Notes: generated by a model from the sequence alone, not told the origin. Shown: positions 1 through 9,506, counted from the first letter of the stretch. The stretch is 64,000 bases of DNA from an uncultured Gemmatimonadota bacterium (GCA_964519015.1 CAZFHZ010000001.1:5476-69475); one strand, 5' to 3'. Numbers and translations are program-made.

Positions 1-386
1 CCATCGTCGGTGCCTACGCCCTGGCCTTCCACGGCCACCCGAGGGCGACCGGCGACCTCGATATCCTCATCCGACCTGAGCGGGAGAACGCCCGTCGTCT
101 CCTGCAGGCGATCCGCACCTTCGGTTTCGGGGACCTGGAACTGACCGAGGAGGACTTCCTCGCTCCCGACCGAATCGTGCAGCTCGGCTATCCTCCCGTC
201 CGGGTGGATCTGATGTCCGGCCTGAGCGGTGTGACCTGGGAGGAGGTGGCCCCGGGCCGGGAGGAGGTCGAATACGGTGGTCTCCCGGTTCTGGTGATCG
301 GCCGGGAGGCCTTCATCCGCAACAAGCGGGCCGCGGGACGTCTGCAGGACCAGGCCGACCTGGAAGCCCTGGGCGAGGTGCCCTGA
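1..386 (+). CDS. Nucleotidyltransferase-fold (MNT-like) protein, 5'-partial; the reading frame enters from the window edge.
   Basis: The ORF is open from base 3 in frame with the 177..386 ORF. Its translation reads ...HGHPRATGDLDILIRPERENARRLLQAIRTFGFGD..., giving a hG-x-DxD Pol-beta-type NTase signature. Confidence 0.4.
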   Translation, partial: IVGAYALAFHGHPRATGDLDILIRPERENARRLLQAIRTFGFGDLELTEEDFLAPDRIVQLGYPPVRVDLMSGLSGVTWEEVAPGREEVEYGGLPVLVIGREAFIRNKRAAGRLQDQADLEALGEVP

Positions 387-389
387 AGG

Positions 390-1502
390 CTAGGGGGAGC
401 GGCTTGTGTCTTGTTCCGCTGCCATCAGATAGCGCCACAACCCGTCCGCCAGCAGCTCGTACCCTTCACCCAGGGGGTGACTGGTATCGGTGTAGAGCGC
501 GGCCGGCAACAGGGGTGCCTCCCAGACGTCCAGCCCCATCTGACGCAGCCCCGACACGGCTTCCTCGAGCAGCCGCAGGTAGGGCCCCCTGCTCTCCAGG
601 TCGAGCAGGTGCTCGTTGAGCGGCCCCGCCATGACGAGGACACGGTTGCCACGCGCCCGAAGCAGATCCACCAGTCTCAGGAAGGCCCGCCACTGCCGGG
701 AAGATCCCAGCTCCACCCAGGGGAGTCTTTGAAGCAGGCGCCCGCCTTCCTCCCGGGGGCGGATGTCGGGATGCCGGTCATCATGAAATCCGCCGGAACC
801 GGGGAGTATCCGGGGGAGCGGCAGGGTATAGGGATGTTCCAGCGTCCAGTGCGGCAGATCGGAGTTCCCGAAGCCGGTACCGCGCAGATGCCGGATCCAC
901 CGCAGCAGCGACATACTCCGCTCCAGCAGCACGCCGACGCGGCTGGACAAGGAGGCCCGGTAGCATGGGATGCGCCCGATGAACTGGGGTACCAGCCGCG
1001 GATGGTTGAACCGCACGACGGTCTCGACCTGCAGATCGGCTTCCGGAGAACTGAGCCAGAGCAGATTCAGATGCAGGATCACGTCCCTTCCCCGGATGCT
1101 CCTGCCGTAGTGGCGGACCAGACCCTCCAGGGCGATCGGATAAGCGCCGTCCAGGCCCAGATTGGCGAACCGCTCCCCGCCCGCCCGTTCGTTCAGGTGG
1201 TGGGCCATCGTCTGGTCGCTGTCCACGAACTGCCCCCATACGAACGAATCTCCGATCAGCAGAACCCGGTCACTCCCACTCACCGAGCGGACGTACCGAT
1301 CGAAGAGCCAGTAGTCTTCGCTCAGGCCGTACGGGATGCGGTAGTCGGGACCGGGCTCGAAGGGCTCGATGCCATTCCCGACGGCCGGCAAGGCGATCGC
1401 GACGGCCACAAGCAAGATCGCGGCGGCCAGCCACTCTCCACCCGACAGGCGGACGGCGTTGCTGGAAAAGGGCTCCTGTTCGGTCACGATCTCGGTGTCC
1501 AT
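390..1502 (-). CDS. SGNH/GDSL hydrolase family protein (AlgJ/DltD/PatB-like) with an N-terminal membrane anchor.
   Basis: The internal start MDTEIVTEQEPF lies 8 nt downstream of the MBOAT stop, with GGAG just upstream. A TM helix WLAAAILLVAVAIALPAV follows. The GDS block is LLIGDSFVWGQF. The longer ORF beginning at 1658 would overlap the upstream gene. Confidence 0.7.
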   Translation of the reverse strand: MDTEIVTEQEPFSSNAVRLSGGEWLAAAILLVAVAIALPAVGNGIEPFEPGPDYRIPYGLSEDYWLFDRYVRSVSGSDRVLLIGDSFVWGQFVDSDQTMAHHLNERAGGERFANLGLDGAYPIALEGLVRHYGRSIRGRDVILHLNLLWLSSPEADLQVETVVRFNHPRLVPQFIGRIPCYRASLSSRVGVLLERSMSLLRWIRHLRGTGFGNSDLPHWTLEHPYTLPLPRILPGSGGFHDDRHPDIRPREEGGRLLQRLPWVELGSSRQWRAFLRLVDLLRARGNRVLVMAGPLNEHLLDLESRGPYLRLLEEAVSGLRQMGLDVWEAPLLPAALYTDTSHPLGEGYELLADGLWRYLMAAEQDTSRSP

Positions 1503-1510
1503 CTCCGGTC

Positions 1511-2887
1511 TCAGAACTGGAAGTAGATGAAGGGTTGTTGGCCCGACTGGGCGAAGAAGGCCAGATAGAGCATCATCCCGACGACCATCGCGACCTTCCC
1601 CGCCGGAGTCTCCAGGAAGGAGCGCAGGCGGGATTCGTAGAAGAACTGGTAGAGCCATACGGTCATGATCAGGGCCGCCATGAGCAACGGGAACCGTGGA
1701 TCACCGAATCCGCCCGTGAAGATCCGCGAGAGGATCAGGCCGGCGTCCCCCAGGTCCGCGGCGCGGAAGAAGATCCAGGCGAAGGTCACGAACGAGAAGA
1801 CGAACATCTGTTTCACGAACCGCGGGACCCTGCTCCGATAGAAGGAGGTGTTCTCCAACTCCCTGGTGACGACCCGCCCCAGGGCGTGCAGCGCCCCCCA
1901 GACGATGAACGTCCAGGCCGCTCCGTGCCATAATCCGGAGACCAGCATGGTCACCACCATGTTACGGTAGGTCTTGAACTTACCGTCCCGATTACCCCCC
2001 AGTGGGATGTAGAGGAAGTCACGGAACCAGGTCGAGAGACTGATATGCCAGCGCTGCCAGAAATCTCCGAGGCTGTCGGCCAGGTAAGGATTGTTGAAAT
2101 TGAGCATGAACCGGTATCCGAGCATCCGGCCGATGCCGCGGGCCATGTCTGTGTAGCCGCTGAAATCGAAGTAGATCTGCCAGCCGAAGGCGAACGTGGC
2201 CAGCAGCAGGGCCGGCGCCTGGTATCGCGCCGGGGCGTCGTAGACGCGGTCGACATACAGGGCCAGGTAATCCGCCAGGGCCACCTTCTTGAACAGGCCC
2301 ACGATGAACAGCGACATCCCGTCGAAGACATCCCCCTTCGAGATGACCGGTCTGACCCCGATCTGGGGCAGCAGGTTGCGCGCCCGCTCGATCGGACCGG
2401 CCACCAGCTGGGGGAAGAGCGATACGAACGTGGCGAAACGGATGAGGCTCCGTTCCCGCGGGATGTTCCCGCGGTAGAAATCGATGGTGTAGCTCATCGA
2501 TTGGAAGGTGTAGAACGAGATCCCGACCGGCAGGAGGACCCCGGGTTCAGGGATCATGCAGGAGACCCCCCACCCCGCCAGCGCGGCGTTCAGATTCTGG
2601 ACGACGAATCCGCCGTACTTGAAGAAACCCAGGAGCAGAAGGTTGTTGAGGATGCTCATGGACAGCCAGAGCCGACGCCGTCCGCTCCGATCCATGAACG
2701 CAACGGCCGCGTAATCGATCAGTGTCGACCAGACGATGAGCAGCAGGTAGAGCGGGTTCCACCAGCCATAGAAGACGTACGAAGAGACCAGGAGCCAGGG
2801 CTCCCGGAACCGCGACTTCCTGGCGAGCTGATAGACCGTGTAGAAGACCAGGAAGAAGAGCAGGAACGTCCAGGTGTGGAACAGCAT
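1511..2887 (-). CDS. MBOAT family membrane-bound O-acyltransferase (AlgI/DltB/PatA-like).
   Basis: The protein is a 458-aa polytopic membrane protein. It carries the conserved MBOAT histidine block WQRWHISLSTWFRDFLYIPLGG. Confidence 0.9.
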   Translation of the reverse strand: MLFHTWTFLLFFLVFYTVYQLARKSRFREPWLLVSSYVFYGWWNPLYLLLIVWSTLIDYAAVAFMDRSGRRRLWLSMSILNNLLLLGFFKYGGFVVQNLNAALAGWGVSCMIPEPGVLLPVGISFYTFQSMSYTIDFYRGNIPRERSLIRFATFVSLFPQLVAGPIERARNLLPQIGVRPVISKGDVFDGMSLFIVGLFKKVALADYLALYVDRVYDAPARYQAPALLLATFAFGWQIYFDFSGYTDMARGIGRMLGYRFMLNFNNPYLADSLGDFWQRWHISLSTWFRDFLYIPLGGNRDGKFKTYRNMVVTMLVSGLWHGAAWTFIVWGALHALGRVVTRELENTSFYRSRVPRFVKQMFVFSFVTFAWIFFRAADLGDAGLILSRIFTGGFGDPRFPLLMAALIMTVWLYQFFYESRLRSFLETPAGKVAMVVGMMLYLAFFAQSGQQPFIYFQF

Positions 2888-2920
2888 GACCGGATGCCTA
2901 TTCCTGATCCTGTACGGGCG

Positions 2921-3832
2921 TCATCGGTCTACCGGCATCCTCCGGACGCAGCGGAAGCCGATCGCGTCGCTCACGAGACACTCGTCGTCCACCGAAAGGC
3001 TGCCCATGCGGGCGGTCGTGCGACAATCATCGGGGCTGGAGTTCCAGGCTCCCCCCCGTACGACCCGCTCCTCTCCCACCGCGGGACCACGCGGATTCTC
3101 ACTTGAGCTGCGCTCGTAGTAATCCGCTGCGAAGTAGTCGTAGCACCATTCCGCCACGTTGCCGTGCAGATCGAAGAGACCCCAGAGATTCGGCCTCCGT
3201 GTCCCGACCTGCTGGGTCTTCCCGGAGGAGTTCGCATCGTGCCAGGCGTAGCGGCCCAGATTCGTCGGATCATCCCCGAAGCAGTACTCCCCCTTCGATC
3301 CGGCCCGGGACGCATACTCCCATTCCGCCTCGGTAGGCAGACGATAGCCGTCGGCTTCGAAGTCGCACTCCCATGTCTCCTCGTCGTAGCACGGGATCAA
3401 GGCCTCACGAAGGGACCGCTCGTTGCAGAAACGGGCGGCATCCACCCACGTGCACCGCTCGACGGGGAGTCCCTCGCCCTGGAAGTGCGATGGGTCCGAG
3501 ATCTCGAACTGGCGGAACCGTTCCTGCGTCACTTCATATCGGTCCATCAGGAAGGCGTCGACCCAGACCCGATGAGCGGGTGTCTCGGAGACACGACCCC
3601 GGTCGGTCCCCATGACCGACCATCCGGCCGGGATCCGTACCATCTCGATCCCCGACGCGGTCGTGATGATCCGGGGGTGTCCGCTACCGGGATCCCCTCC
3701 TCCGTCACCCCCCCCACACCCGCTGAGGAGGAAGAGCAGGGCGAAGACGACGACCGTCACCGCCCGGCGGATGGGATCGGGACCCAGTCGGGTTCCTTGT
3801 TGTGCTGTCCATCGTCCGTGATCTCTGTCCAT
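2921..3832 (-). CDS. Formylglycine-generating-enzyme (FGE/SUMF1)-domain lipoprotein.
   Basis: FGE-sulfatase domain motifs are present (RIPAGWSVMGTD, RLPTEAEWEYASRAG, GNVAEWCYD, VRGGAWNSS). The start was chosen at MDRDHGRW, followed by the lipobox-type signal VVFALLFLLSGC. This start overlaps the upstream gene end by 76 nt, so an alternative GTG start is possible. Confidence 0.7.
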   Translation of the reverse strand: MDRDHGRWTAQQGTRLGPDPIRRAVTVVVFALLFLLSGCGGGDGGGDPGSGHPRIITTASGIEMVRIPAGWSVMGTDRGRVSETPAHRVWVDAFLMDRYEVTQERFRQFEISDPSHFQGEGLPVERCTWVDAARFCNERSLREALIPCYDEETWECDFEADGYRLPTEAEWEYASRAGSKGEYCFGDDPTNLGRYAWHDANSSGKTQQVGTRRPNLWGLFDLHGNVAEWCYDYFAADYYERSSSENPRGPAVGEERVVRGGAWNSSPDDCRTTARMGSLSVDDECLVSDAIGFRCVRRMPVDR

Positions 3833-4851
3833 TTCCCACTCCTCAGATCGTAGATGCAGATGTTCCAGCCCGGGGCTTTCCGGCCCACCGCCTGGTTGCC
3901 TCGCGACGGGCCGTAACTGAACGCCAGGTAGTTGGCGTCGGGTGACCAGTCGACGTGATAGACTTTGAAGTCCCGGGTACAGGCGATCACCGGTCGCTGG
4001 TCCCGCACGTTCTCCGTTCCGGCCGAGAAGTCGATTGCACCGACCGCGATATCCCAATCGCTTCTGCCCCAGGCGATCCGCCCCCCGTCCGGACTGATAT
4101 CCGGACGACAGCCATGGATCGAGAGCGCGATCTCCGTGGTGTTGTCGGCCTGGAAGGCGATGTTGTCGCGGCCGCCCCCCCTCGAGGTGGCGACGAACCA
4201 CCGGCCGTCGGGCGACCAGCAGATGTTGAAGAGCAGGCGCAGTCCATCGTTCGGATGGCTGTGCACCTGACCTGTCGCGACCTCGTAAAAATCCAGGCCC
4301 CGGTTCGACCAGCTGTCACCCCGGTAGCGCGCGAATTCCCCCTTCATATAGGCGATGTAACGGCCGTCCGGGCTCCAGCAGGGCTGGCGGGCATTCTCGG
4401 CGACCCGGGTGCGGCCGGAGCCGTCGATGCCCATGACATAGACGTTCCGGCGCCTGGTCTCGGGACTTTCCCCCTCATCGGCTACGAAGCTGATCCGGGT
4501 CCCATCTGGTGATGCGTGCGGGTAGAACTCGTCGACATCGGGTGTGTTGGTCAAAACTACATTATTGGAACCGTCGGCATCGATCCGGCAGATCTCCCAG
4601 TTCTCCCTTCCCTCCGTCTCGCGGAAGGACTCGTAGACGATCCGGAACGGGATCGCTCCCAGGTCCAACTCGGAACGGGGCAGAGGAGCCCGCTGCGCCG
4701 GCAGGTTCGGATCCTCTCTGGTTCTCGACGCCCTCGCACCGGATCGCTGCTGAGCCGAAGTCTGCCCGGCCGGCGACAGGACCGTCGTCAGGATGATCAG
4801 AGCCGGTAGGATCAGTGTTCCGATGCCCGGTTCGCGACGGCACCCTTTCAT
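3757..4851 (-). CDS. PD40/TolB-like beta-propeller repeat protein, secreted.
   Basis: Repeated WSPDG / SPDG PD40 motifs are present. The signal peptide is MKGCRREPGIGTLILPALIILTTVLSPAGQTSA from the internal start at 4851. Confidence 0.7.
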   Translation of the reverse strand: MKGCRREPGIGTLILPALIILTTVLSPAGQTSAQQRSGARASRTREDPNLPAQRAPLPRSELDLGAIPFRIVYESFRETEGRENWEICRIDADGSNNVVLTNTPDVDEFYPHASPDGTRISFVADEGESPETRRRNVYVMGIDGSGRTRVAENARQPCWSPDGRYIAYMKGEFARYRGDSWSNRGLDFYEVATGQVHSHPNDGLRLLFNICWSPDGRWFVATSRGGGRDNIAFQADNTTEIALSIHGCRPDISPDGGRIAWGRSDWDIAVGAIDFSAGTENVRDQRPVIACTRDFKVYHVDWSPDANYLAFSYGPSRGNQAVGRKAPGWNICIYDLRSGKWTEITDDGQHNKEPDWVPIPSAGR

Positions 4852-5258
4852 ATCCGCCCCTTTCCTGCTTGCCATATCAGGCGCTTTCATCCGTCGTTGA
4901 TGATCATACGCCGGACCGGGGCACGCCACTTTCAGTTCTCTTAAATCGCGTTCAGGTGCGGCGTCTAAGCCACCTGCAGCCAGATGAGGCCGAGGTCATC
5001 CTCGGACGAGGCGTCCTAGTATGCCCGGTGTTACCGGGACCTCCTGATCACCGAGCGGGAGTGAGGAGACGTCCGCTTCGGCCGGTGGCGCCACGGGAGC
5101 AGGCGACAACGGCTGTATAAAGGAGGAGAATAGCCGGCAGGGCGGGCGAGCGGGACATGGTCGACTCCTGCAGAGGTTTGGCAGGCACTGCTCCCTGAGT
5201 GCCCGGTCTCTTTTTCAACGATGAAAGACCGGAATCGGTTTGAGGAAGAGAGGTCGGT

Positions 5259-6896
5259 ATGACCGATAGACTCTGGCTGCGCCGCGATTTCACCAAGACG
5301 ATCCTGGCCGGACTCCCCCTGCTCTCCCTGGACTGGGACGCCTTCCCGACCGGACCGGGCCCGGATCAGGGGGGGGATGCTTACGATGCGGTCATCATCG
5401 GGGCGGGGCTGGGGGGGCTGAGCTGCGCCGCGGCCTTCGCCCGCCAGGGCTTCAAGCCCCTGGTCATCGAGCAGCACATCAAGCCGGGGGGTTACGCCAC
5501 GACCTTCTCCCGGCCGGGGGGATTCGTCTTCGACGTCTCCCTCCATTCGACGGCGGTGGAAGAGCGCGGCGGCCTGGCCAACCTCATCCCCGGCTTCCCC
5601 GAGATCGAGGAAGTGACCTTCGTCCCCCACCCCAACCTGGGCCGGGCGATCTTCCCCGACCACGACCTCCGCATCCCCCAGAAGGACCTCCCGGCCTTCA
5701 TCGACATGTTGTGCGGTCTCTTCCCCCAGGAGCGGGAGGGGATCGTCGGCCTGTTCGAGGATATGACGGGGCTGGTCGGAGACCTCAACCGGTACTCCCA
5801 GGCGCAGGGACGGTTCAATCCGGCCACCTTCCCCCAGGACTTCCCCTATCTCTTCAAGTCCTTCAACAAGACGTGGGGGGGGATGGTGGAGGCCCGCCTG
5901 ACCGATCCCCGGCTCAAAGCCATTGTCTCCTGGCAGTCGGGATACTACGGCCTGCCCCCTTCCCGCCTCTCCTGCTTCTACTACGTCATGCCGGTGATCG
6001 GCTACCTGACCCAGGGCGGCTACTACCCGCGAGGCCGTTCCCAGGCGATCAGCGACGCTCTGGTGCGGTTCATCGAGGCGCGCGGCGGCCGGGTCCTGCT
6101 CGGGACCCGCGTAGAGGGCATCGTGACCGAGGGGCATGCGGCCGTGGGCGTCCGCACCGGCGACGGGACCGTGTTCCGCGGGCGGGTGGTCGTCGCCAAC
6201 GCCAACGCCTGGGACACCTTCCATAGGATGCTGCCGCAGGAACAGGAGTTTCTGCAGGAATACCTGGCCAAGCTGGATACCTATGGAGTGAGTTTCTCCA
6301 TCTTCCAGGTCTTCCTCGGCCTGAAGAGCGACCTGGTCGGCCGGCTCGGTCTCACCGATTCGGAGATCTTCGTCGCGAACGGGTACGACCCGGAACAGGA
6401 ATTCCAGGACCTGACCCGGGCCGACACTCGGACCTGCGGCTACGGGGTGACCCTCTATGACAACCTCTACGCGGGCTACTCCCCGCCGGGCAAGAACACC
6501 ATCACCATCACCGCCGGCCAGAGTTACGATTACTGGGAGCGCTACGAAGCCGACTACCTCCAGGGCAACAAGGAGGCCTACCGGCGGGAGAAGGAACGGA
6601 TGGCCGATGAGCTGGTGCAGCGGGCGGAGGAAGCTCTGCTCCCCGGGCTCTCCGCGACGGTCGAGGTCCGGGAAGTGGCCACCCCGCTGACCAACCTGCG
6701 CTATACGAGCAACTACCGGGGAGCCGTCTACGGCTGGGACCAGACGGTGGACAACTCCGGCGCGAACCGCCTCCCCTGTACCACTCCGATCAAGGGGCTC
6801 TACCTGGCCGGCGCCTGGACCTTCCCCGGCGGCGGCTACGGTGCGGTCATCCCGAGCGGACTGGCCTGCTTCGCCGAGATCATGAAGGGCTGGTGA
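5259..6896 (+). CDS. Phytoene-desaturase-family (CrtI-like) FAD/NAD(P)-dependent oxidoreductase with a Tat signal.
   Basis: An N-terminal twin-arginine motif (LRRDFTKTILAG) is followed by the Rossmann dinucleotide fold DAVIIGAGLGGLSCAAAFARQG. An RBS GAGG lies upstream of the ATG at 5259. Confidence 0.85.
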   Translation: MTDRLWLRRDFTKTILAGLPLLSLDWDAFPTGPGPDQGGDAYDAVIIGAGLGGLSCAAAFARQGFKPLVIEQHIKPGGYATTFSRPGGFVFDVSLHSTAVEERGGLANLIPGFPEIEEVTFVPHPNLGRAIFPDHDLRIPQKDLPAFIDMLCGLFPQEREGIVGLFEDMTGLVGDLNRYSQAQGRFNPATFPQDFPYLFKSFNKTWGGMVEARLTDPRLKAIVSWQSGYYGLPPSRLSCFYYVMPVIGYLTQGGYYPRGRSQAISDALVRFIEARGGRVLLGTRVEGIVTEGHAAVGVRTGDGTVFRGRVVVANANAWDTFHRMLPQEQEFLQEYLAKLDTYGVSFSIFQVFLGLKSDLVGRLGLTDSEIFVANGYDPEQEFQDLTRADTRTCGYGVTLYDNLYAGYSPPGKNTITITAGQSYDYWERYEADYLQGNKEAYRREKERMADELVQRAEEALLPGLSATVEVREVATPLTNLRYTSNYRGAVYGWDQTVDNSGANRLPCTTPIKGLYLAGAWTFPGGGYGAVIPSGLACFAEIMKGW

Positions 6897-6961
6897 GTGC
6901 CGGCGGCGCCGGAGAACCGGTACCCGCCTGTCGGGCGATCGAGAGCGAGCGGATCCTGCGT

Positions 6962-7939
6962 CTATAGCGGCAGGACCTGCCCCAGGCCCTGCCGCACCGC
7001 CCGATCGAAGACCAGGCACGCCACGGCCAGGTCGTTGACGGCCACTCCGAGATTGAACGTGATGATGCGCTCCTGCGGGGACTGCCGCCCTTTCTTCCGG
7101 CCGCTGACCAGATCACCCAGATCCGCATAGACGGGCGGGAAGTCCTGGAAATAGCCCAGTTCCTTGTGCCGCTCGAGTTGGGGGAGGTCGTCGGTGATGA
7201 CCTTGTCGGCCTCTCGCAGCGCCTCCCGGTCCCAGTAGGAATCGTAGTCCAGCGCCGAAGCGAACGCCCCCGGGGAGAGCCAGCCTCGTTTGATCGTGCC
7301 ATGGGGGAGTCGGACGATCGGGCCGGCGGTGACGACCAGGTCGAGGCCCGATACGGCTTCACGCGGTTCACGGGCGAGCGTGACCCGGATCTCCGGGTAG
7401 GTCTCCTGAACCCTGTGCTGATAGCGGGTGAGCTGGTCGGGGTCCACGTCGTAGACACTCAGCCGGTCGATGGGGAAGAGCACCTTGAGCGCTTCCAGAT
7501 TGCTGAAGCCCTGGATGCCGGCTCCCAGGACGCCCAGTGAATGCGCCTCCGCTCGAGCCAGGTAGCGGGCCGCCACCGCCGTGGCCGCACCGGTCCGCTG
7601 GGCGGTGATCCAGGTGCAATCCATCACGGCGATCGGGGCGACCGTCTCCGGATCGTTCAGGATCACCAGCCCGGATATGTAAGGGAGACCTCGCCGCGGA
7701 TTAGCCGGATTGCCGCCCACCCACTTGATCCCGGCCGACCGCGTGGCGCGGAGGAACGCCGGCATGGCATGGAGGAAGGAATCCCCGCCGGGATGAATGC
7801 CCGGCTTGGGCGGCATCTCGACGCCCCCTTCCCCTTTTTCCCGGAACGCCGTCTCGACCGCCTCGATGACCTCGGGCATCGTGAGACCGACCTGCTCTAC
7901 GTCGGTCCGGGAGAGATAAAGGAGTGTCCGCTCAGGCAT
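6962..7939 (-). CDS. Ornithine cyclodeaminase / mu-crystallin family protein.
   Basis: The 325-aa protein shows OCD family architecture (N-terminus MPERTLLYLSRTDVEQVGLTMPEVIEAVETAF). A Rossmann segment SLGVLGAGIQG is present. Confidence 0.85.
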   Translation of the reverse strand: MPERTLLYLSRTDVEQVGLTMPEVIEAVETAFREKGEGGVEMPPKPGIHPGGDSFLHAMPAFLRATRSAGIKWVGGNPANPRRGLPYISGLVILNDPETVAPIAVMDCTWITAQRTGAATAVAARYLARAEAHSLGVLGAGIQGFSNLEALKVLFPIDRLSVYDVDPDQLTRYQHRVQETYPEIRVTLAREPREAVSGLDLVVTAGPIVRLPHGTIKRGWLSPGAFASALDYDSYWDREALREADKVITDDLPQLERHKELGYFQDFPPVYADLGDLVSGRKKGRQSPQERIITFNLGVAVNDLAVACLVFDRAVRQGLGQVLPL

Positions 7940-9506
7940 GATGGTCCTCCGGTGGTCCCTGCCCTGTAGAAGCCGCGGCCAGAGCCAATGCCGAGGGTGT
8001 CACAGCGATCCCCCCGAGGGCCGTGCAGCGCAGTTCCCGCGGCAACGCCTGTCCCACGGCATAGGAGGCATCGATCGTCTCATCGAGACCGATGGGGTTC
8101 TCATATCCGCCCAGGACCAGGTCGGCGACGACGAACGCCTGGGCGGCCGCCGCTGCATTCCGGGTATGGCATGGGATCTCGCAGCCTCCACCCACCGGAT
8201 CGCACACCGACCCCATCGTGTTCTGCAGGGCCACCGCGGCCGCATCAGCCGCCTGGCGGGCCGATCCGCCGAGTACCTCGACCACGGCCGCAGCCGCCAT
8301 CGCACCAGCGACGCCGATCTCCACCTGGCACCCGGCCGTCTCCGCTGCGAAGGTGGCCCGGTAGGCGACGATGAGCCCGACGGCGGAAGCAGCCATCAGG
8401 GCATCGGCGACGAGCCGGCGGTCCAACCCGCGTATCTCCTCCAGGGTGACGAGCACACCGGGCAGCACCCCGGCCGAGCCGCCGGTGGGGGCCGCGCAGA
8501 CCACACCCTTGCTGTTACAGGTGTGCATGACCGCCATGGCTCGGATGGCCGCGGCGGTGTGGGGTCCCCCGATCCCTTCGCCCCGTTCATATGCTGTCAG
8601 GATCCGTGCCGCGCTCGGACGGGTCATGGGCATCGCGACCTCCTGGTCGCGCAGGCCGGCCTCGAGGGAGGCTCTCATCACGTCGTAGCGGTGCAGGCAT
8701 TCCACCTCGACCTCCTCATCGGAGAGGTCGAGGAGCCGGGCTTCGTAATGACGGGCGGCCCGACCGAGCGACCAGCCGTTGGCGGCGGCCATCCGGAGCA
8801 TCTCGTCGGCCGAAGTGAACGATGACATTCCTCCCCGGGGGTGGAAGACCGGCCGGCAGCGGGCACGCACGCACACATCCGGAGCATCGGCGGCCAGGGA
8901 TCCGATCGTCGCCGTCGGATCCTCCGGGGCATCGATCTGCAGGAGCGTGCCCGTACCGGACTCCCGGACGACGACTTCCCCCACCCCGATGGCCCTGAGT
9001 CTCTCTCCGAGTCCCGCATCACCCGGAATGAGCGCCGCCCAGCTCTTACCATCGATCATCAACGGCCAGTCGTCATACCGGTAGACTTCGATCGCACCTC
9101 CGCCGACGGACCTCGCCCAGATCTCATGGTCATCCCCCGATTCGGTCCGGATCCGCAGCCGTACCGCATTGGGGTGGTCGGCGTGTTCGAGGGGCTCGAC
9201 GTCGAAGCGAAGGTCGATCCCGGCCTCCCGCACATCCTGCAGGGAACGGGGATAACGCGGGTCGGTCATCTCCCGGTCCAGGACGGCGCAGGCGATGGCC
9301 AGATCGACTCCCAGTGGCCGGTAGGTGGGAGCGTAGGAGCCTTCGGGATCGAAGCTGCAGCGGGTCACCCGGGGGCGTCCCCCCACCAGATCACAGGCCA
9401 GCCGGGCGATCCGATAGCCGCCGGCGGTATGGGAACTCGAAGGCCCCCGCATGACCGGACCCAGGACATCGTTGAAGATGCTGAGGAAGGGCGGAGGACT
9501 CGTCAT
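7932..9506 (-). CDS. sdaA: L-serine ammonia-lyase (dehydratase), iron-sulfur-dependent, single-chain beta-alpha fusion.
   Basis: A beta-type N-terminal domain (SIFNDVLGPVMRGPSSSHTAGG) and an alpha-type C-terminal domain (CAAPTGGSAGVLPG ... GCQVEIGVAGAMAAAA ... SVCDPVGGGCEIPC) are continuous in one frame. The start was chosen at MTSPPPF (9506). The ORF track extends upstream to 9842 without support. Confidence 0.85.
   Translation of the reverse strand: MTSPPPFLSIFNDVLGPVMRGPSSSHTAGGYRIARLACDLVGGRPRVTRCSFDPEGSYAPTYRPLGVDLAIACAVLDREMTDPRYPRSLQDVREAGIDLRFDVEPLEHADHPNAVRLRIRTESGDDHEIWARSVGGGAIEVYRYDDWPLMIDGKSWAALIPGDAGLGERLRAIGVGEVVVRESGTGTLLQIDAPEDPTATIGSLAADAPDVCVRARCRPVFHPRGGMSSFTSADEMLRMAAANGWSLGRAARHYEARLLDLSDEEVEVECLHRYDVMRASLEAGLRDQEVAMPMTRPSAARILTAYERGEGIGGPHTAAAIRAMAVMHTCNSKGVVCAAPTGGSAGVLPGVLVTLEEIRGLDRRLVADALMAASAVGLIVAYRATFAAETAGCQVEIGVAGAMAAAAVVEVLGGSARQAADAAAVALQNTMGSVCDPVGGGCEIPCHTRNAAAAAQAFVVADLVLGGYENPIGLDETIDASYAVGQALPRELRCTALGGIAVTPSALALAAASTGQGPPEDHHA

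Noticed and set aside
411-1526. Long antisense ORFs opposite real genes. Examples: 411..1526 +, 2045..3106 +, 5031..7019 -, 9503..10498 -, 11908..13353 +, 13734..14834 +, 15828..17558 -, 19441..20043 +, 21374..22633 -, 23280..24632 -, 33554..36010 + (818 aa), 38267..40567 - (766 aa), 55544..56455 +, 57502..58845 +.
   Set aside because: Their translations are low-complexity, rich in Arg/Gly/Pro/Ala, with no recognisable motifs. They lie exactly antisense to genes with strong family signatures. In 70%-GC DNA such stop-free shadow frames are expected.
5183-5200. Possible sigma-54 promoter (TGGCAG…GCTC) upstream of the oxidoreductase.
   Set aside because: The GG/GC spacing is off by 2 nt from the -24/-12 consensus.
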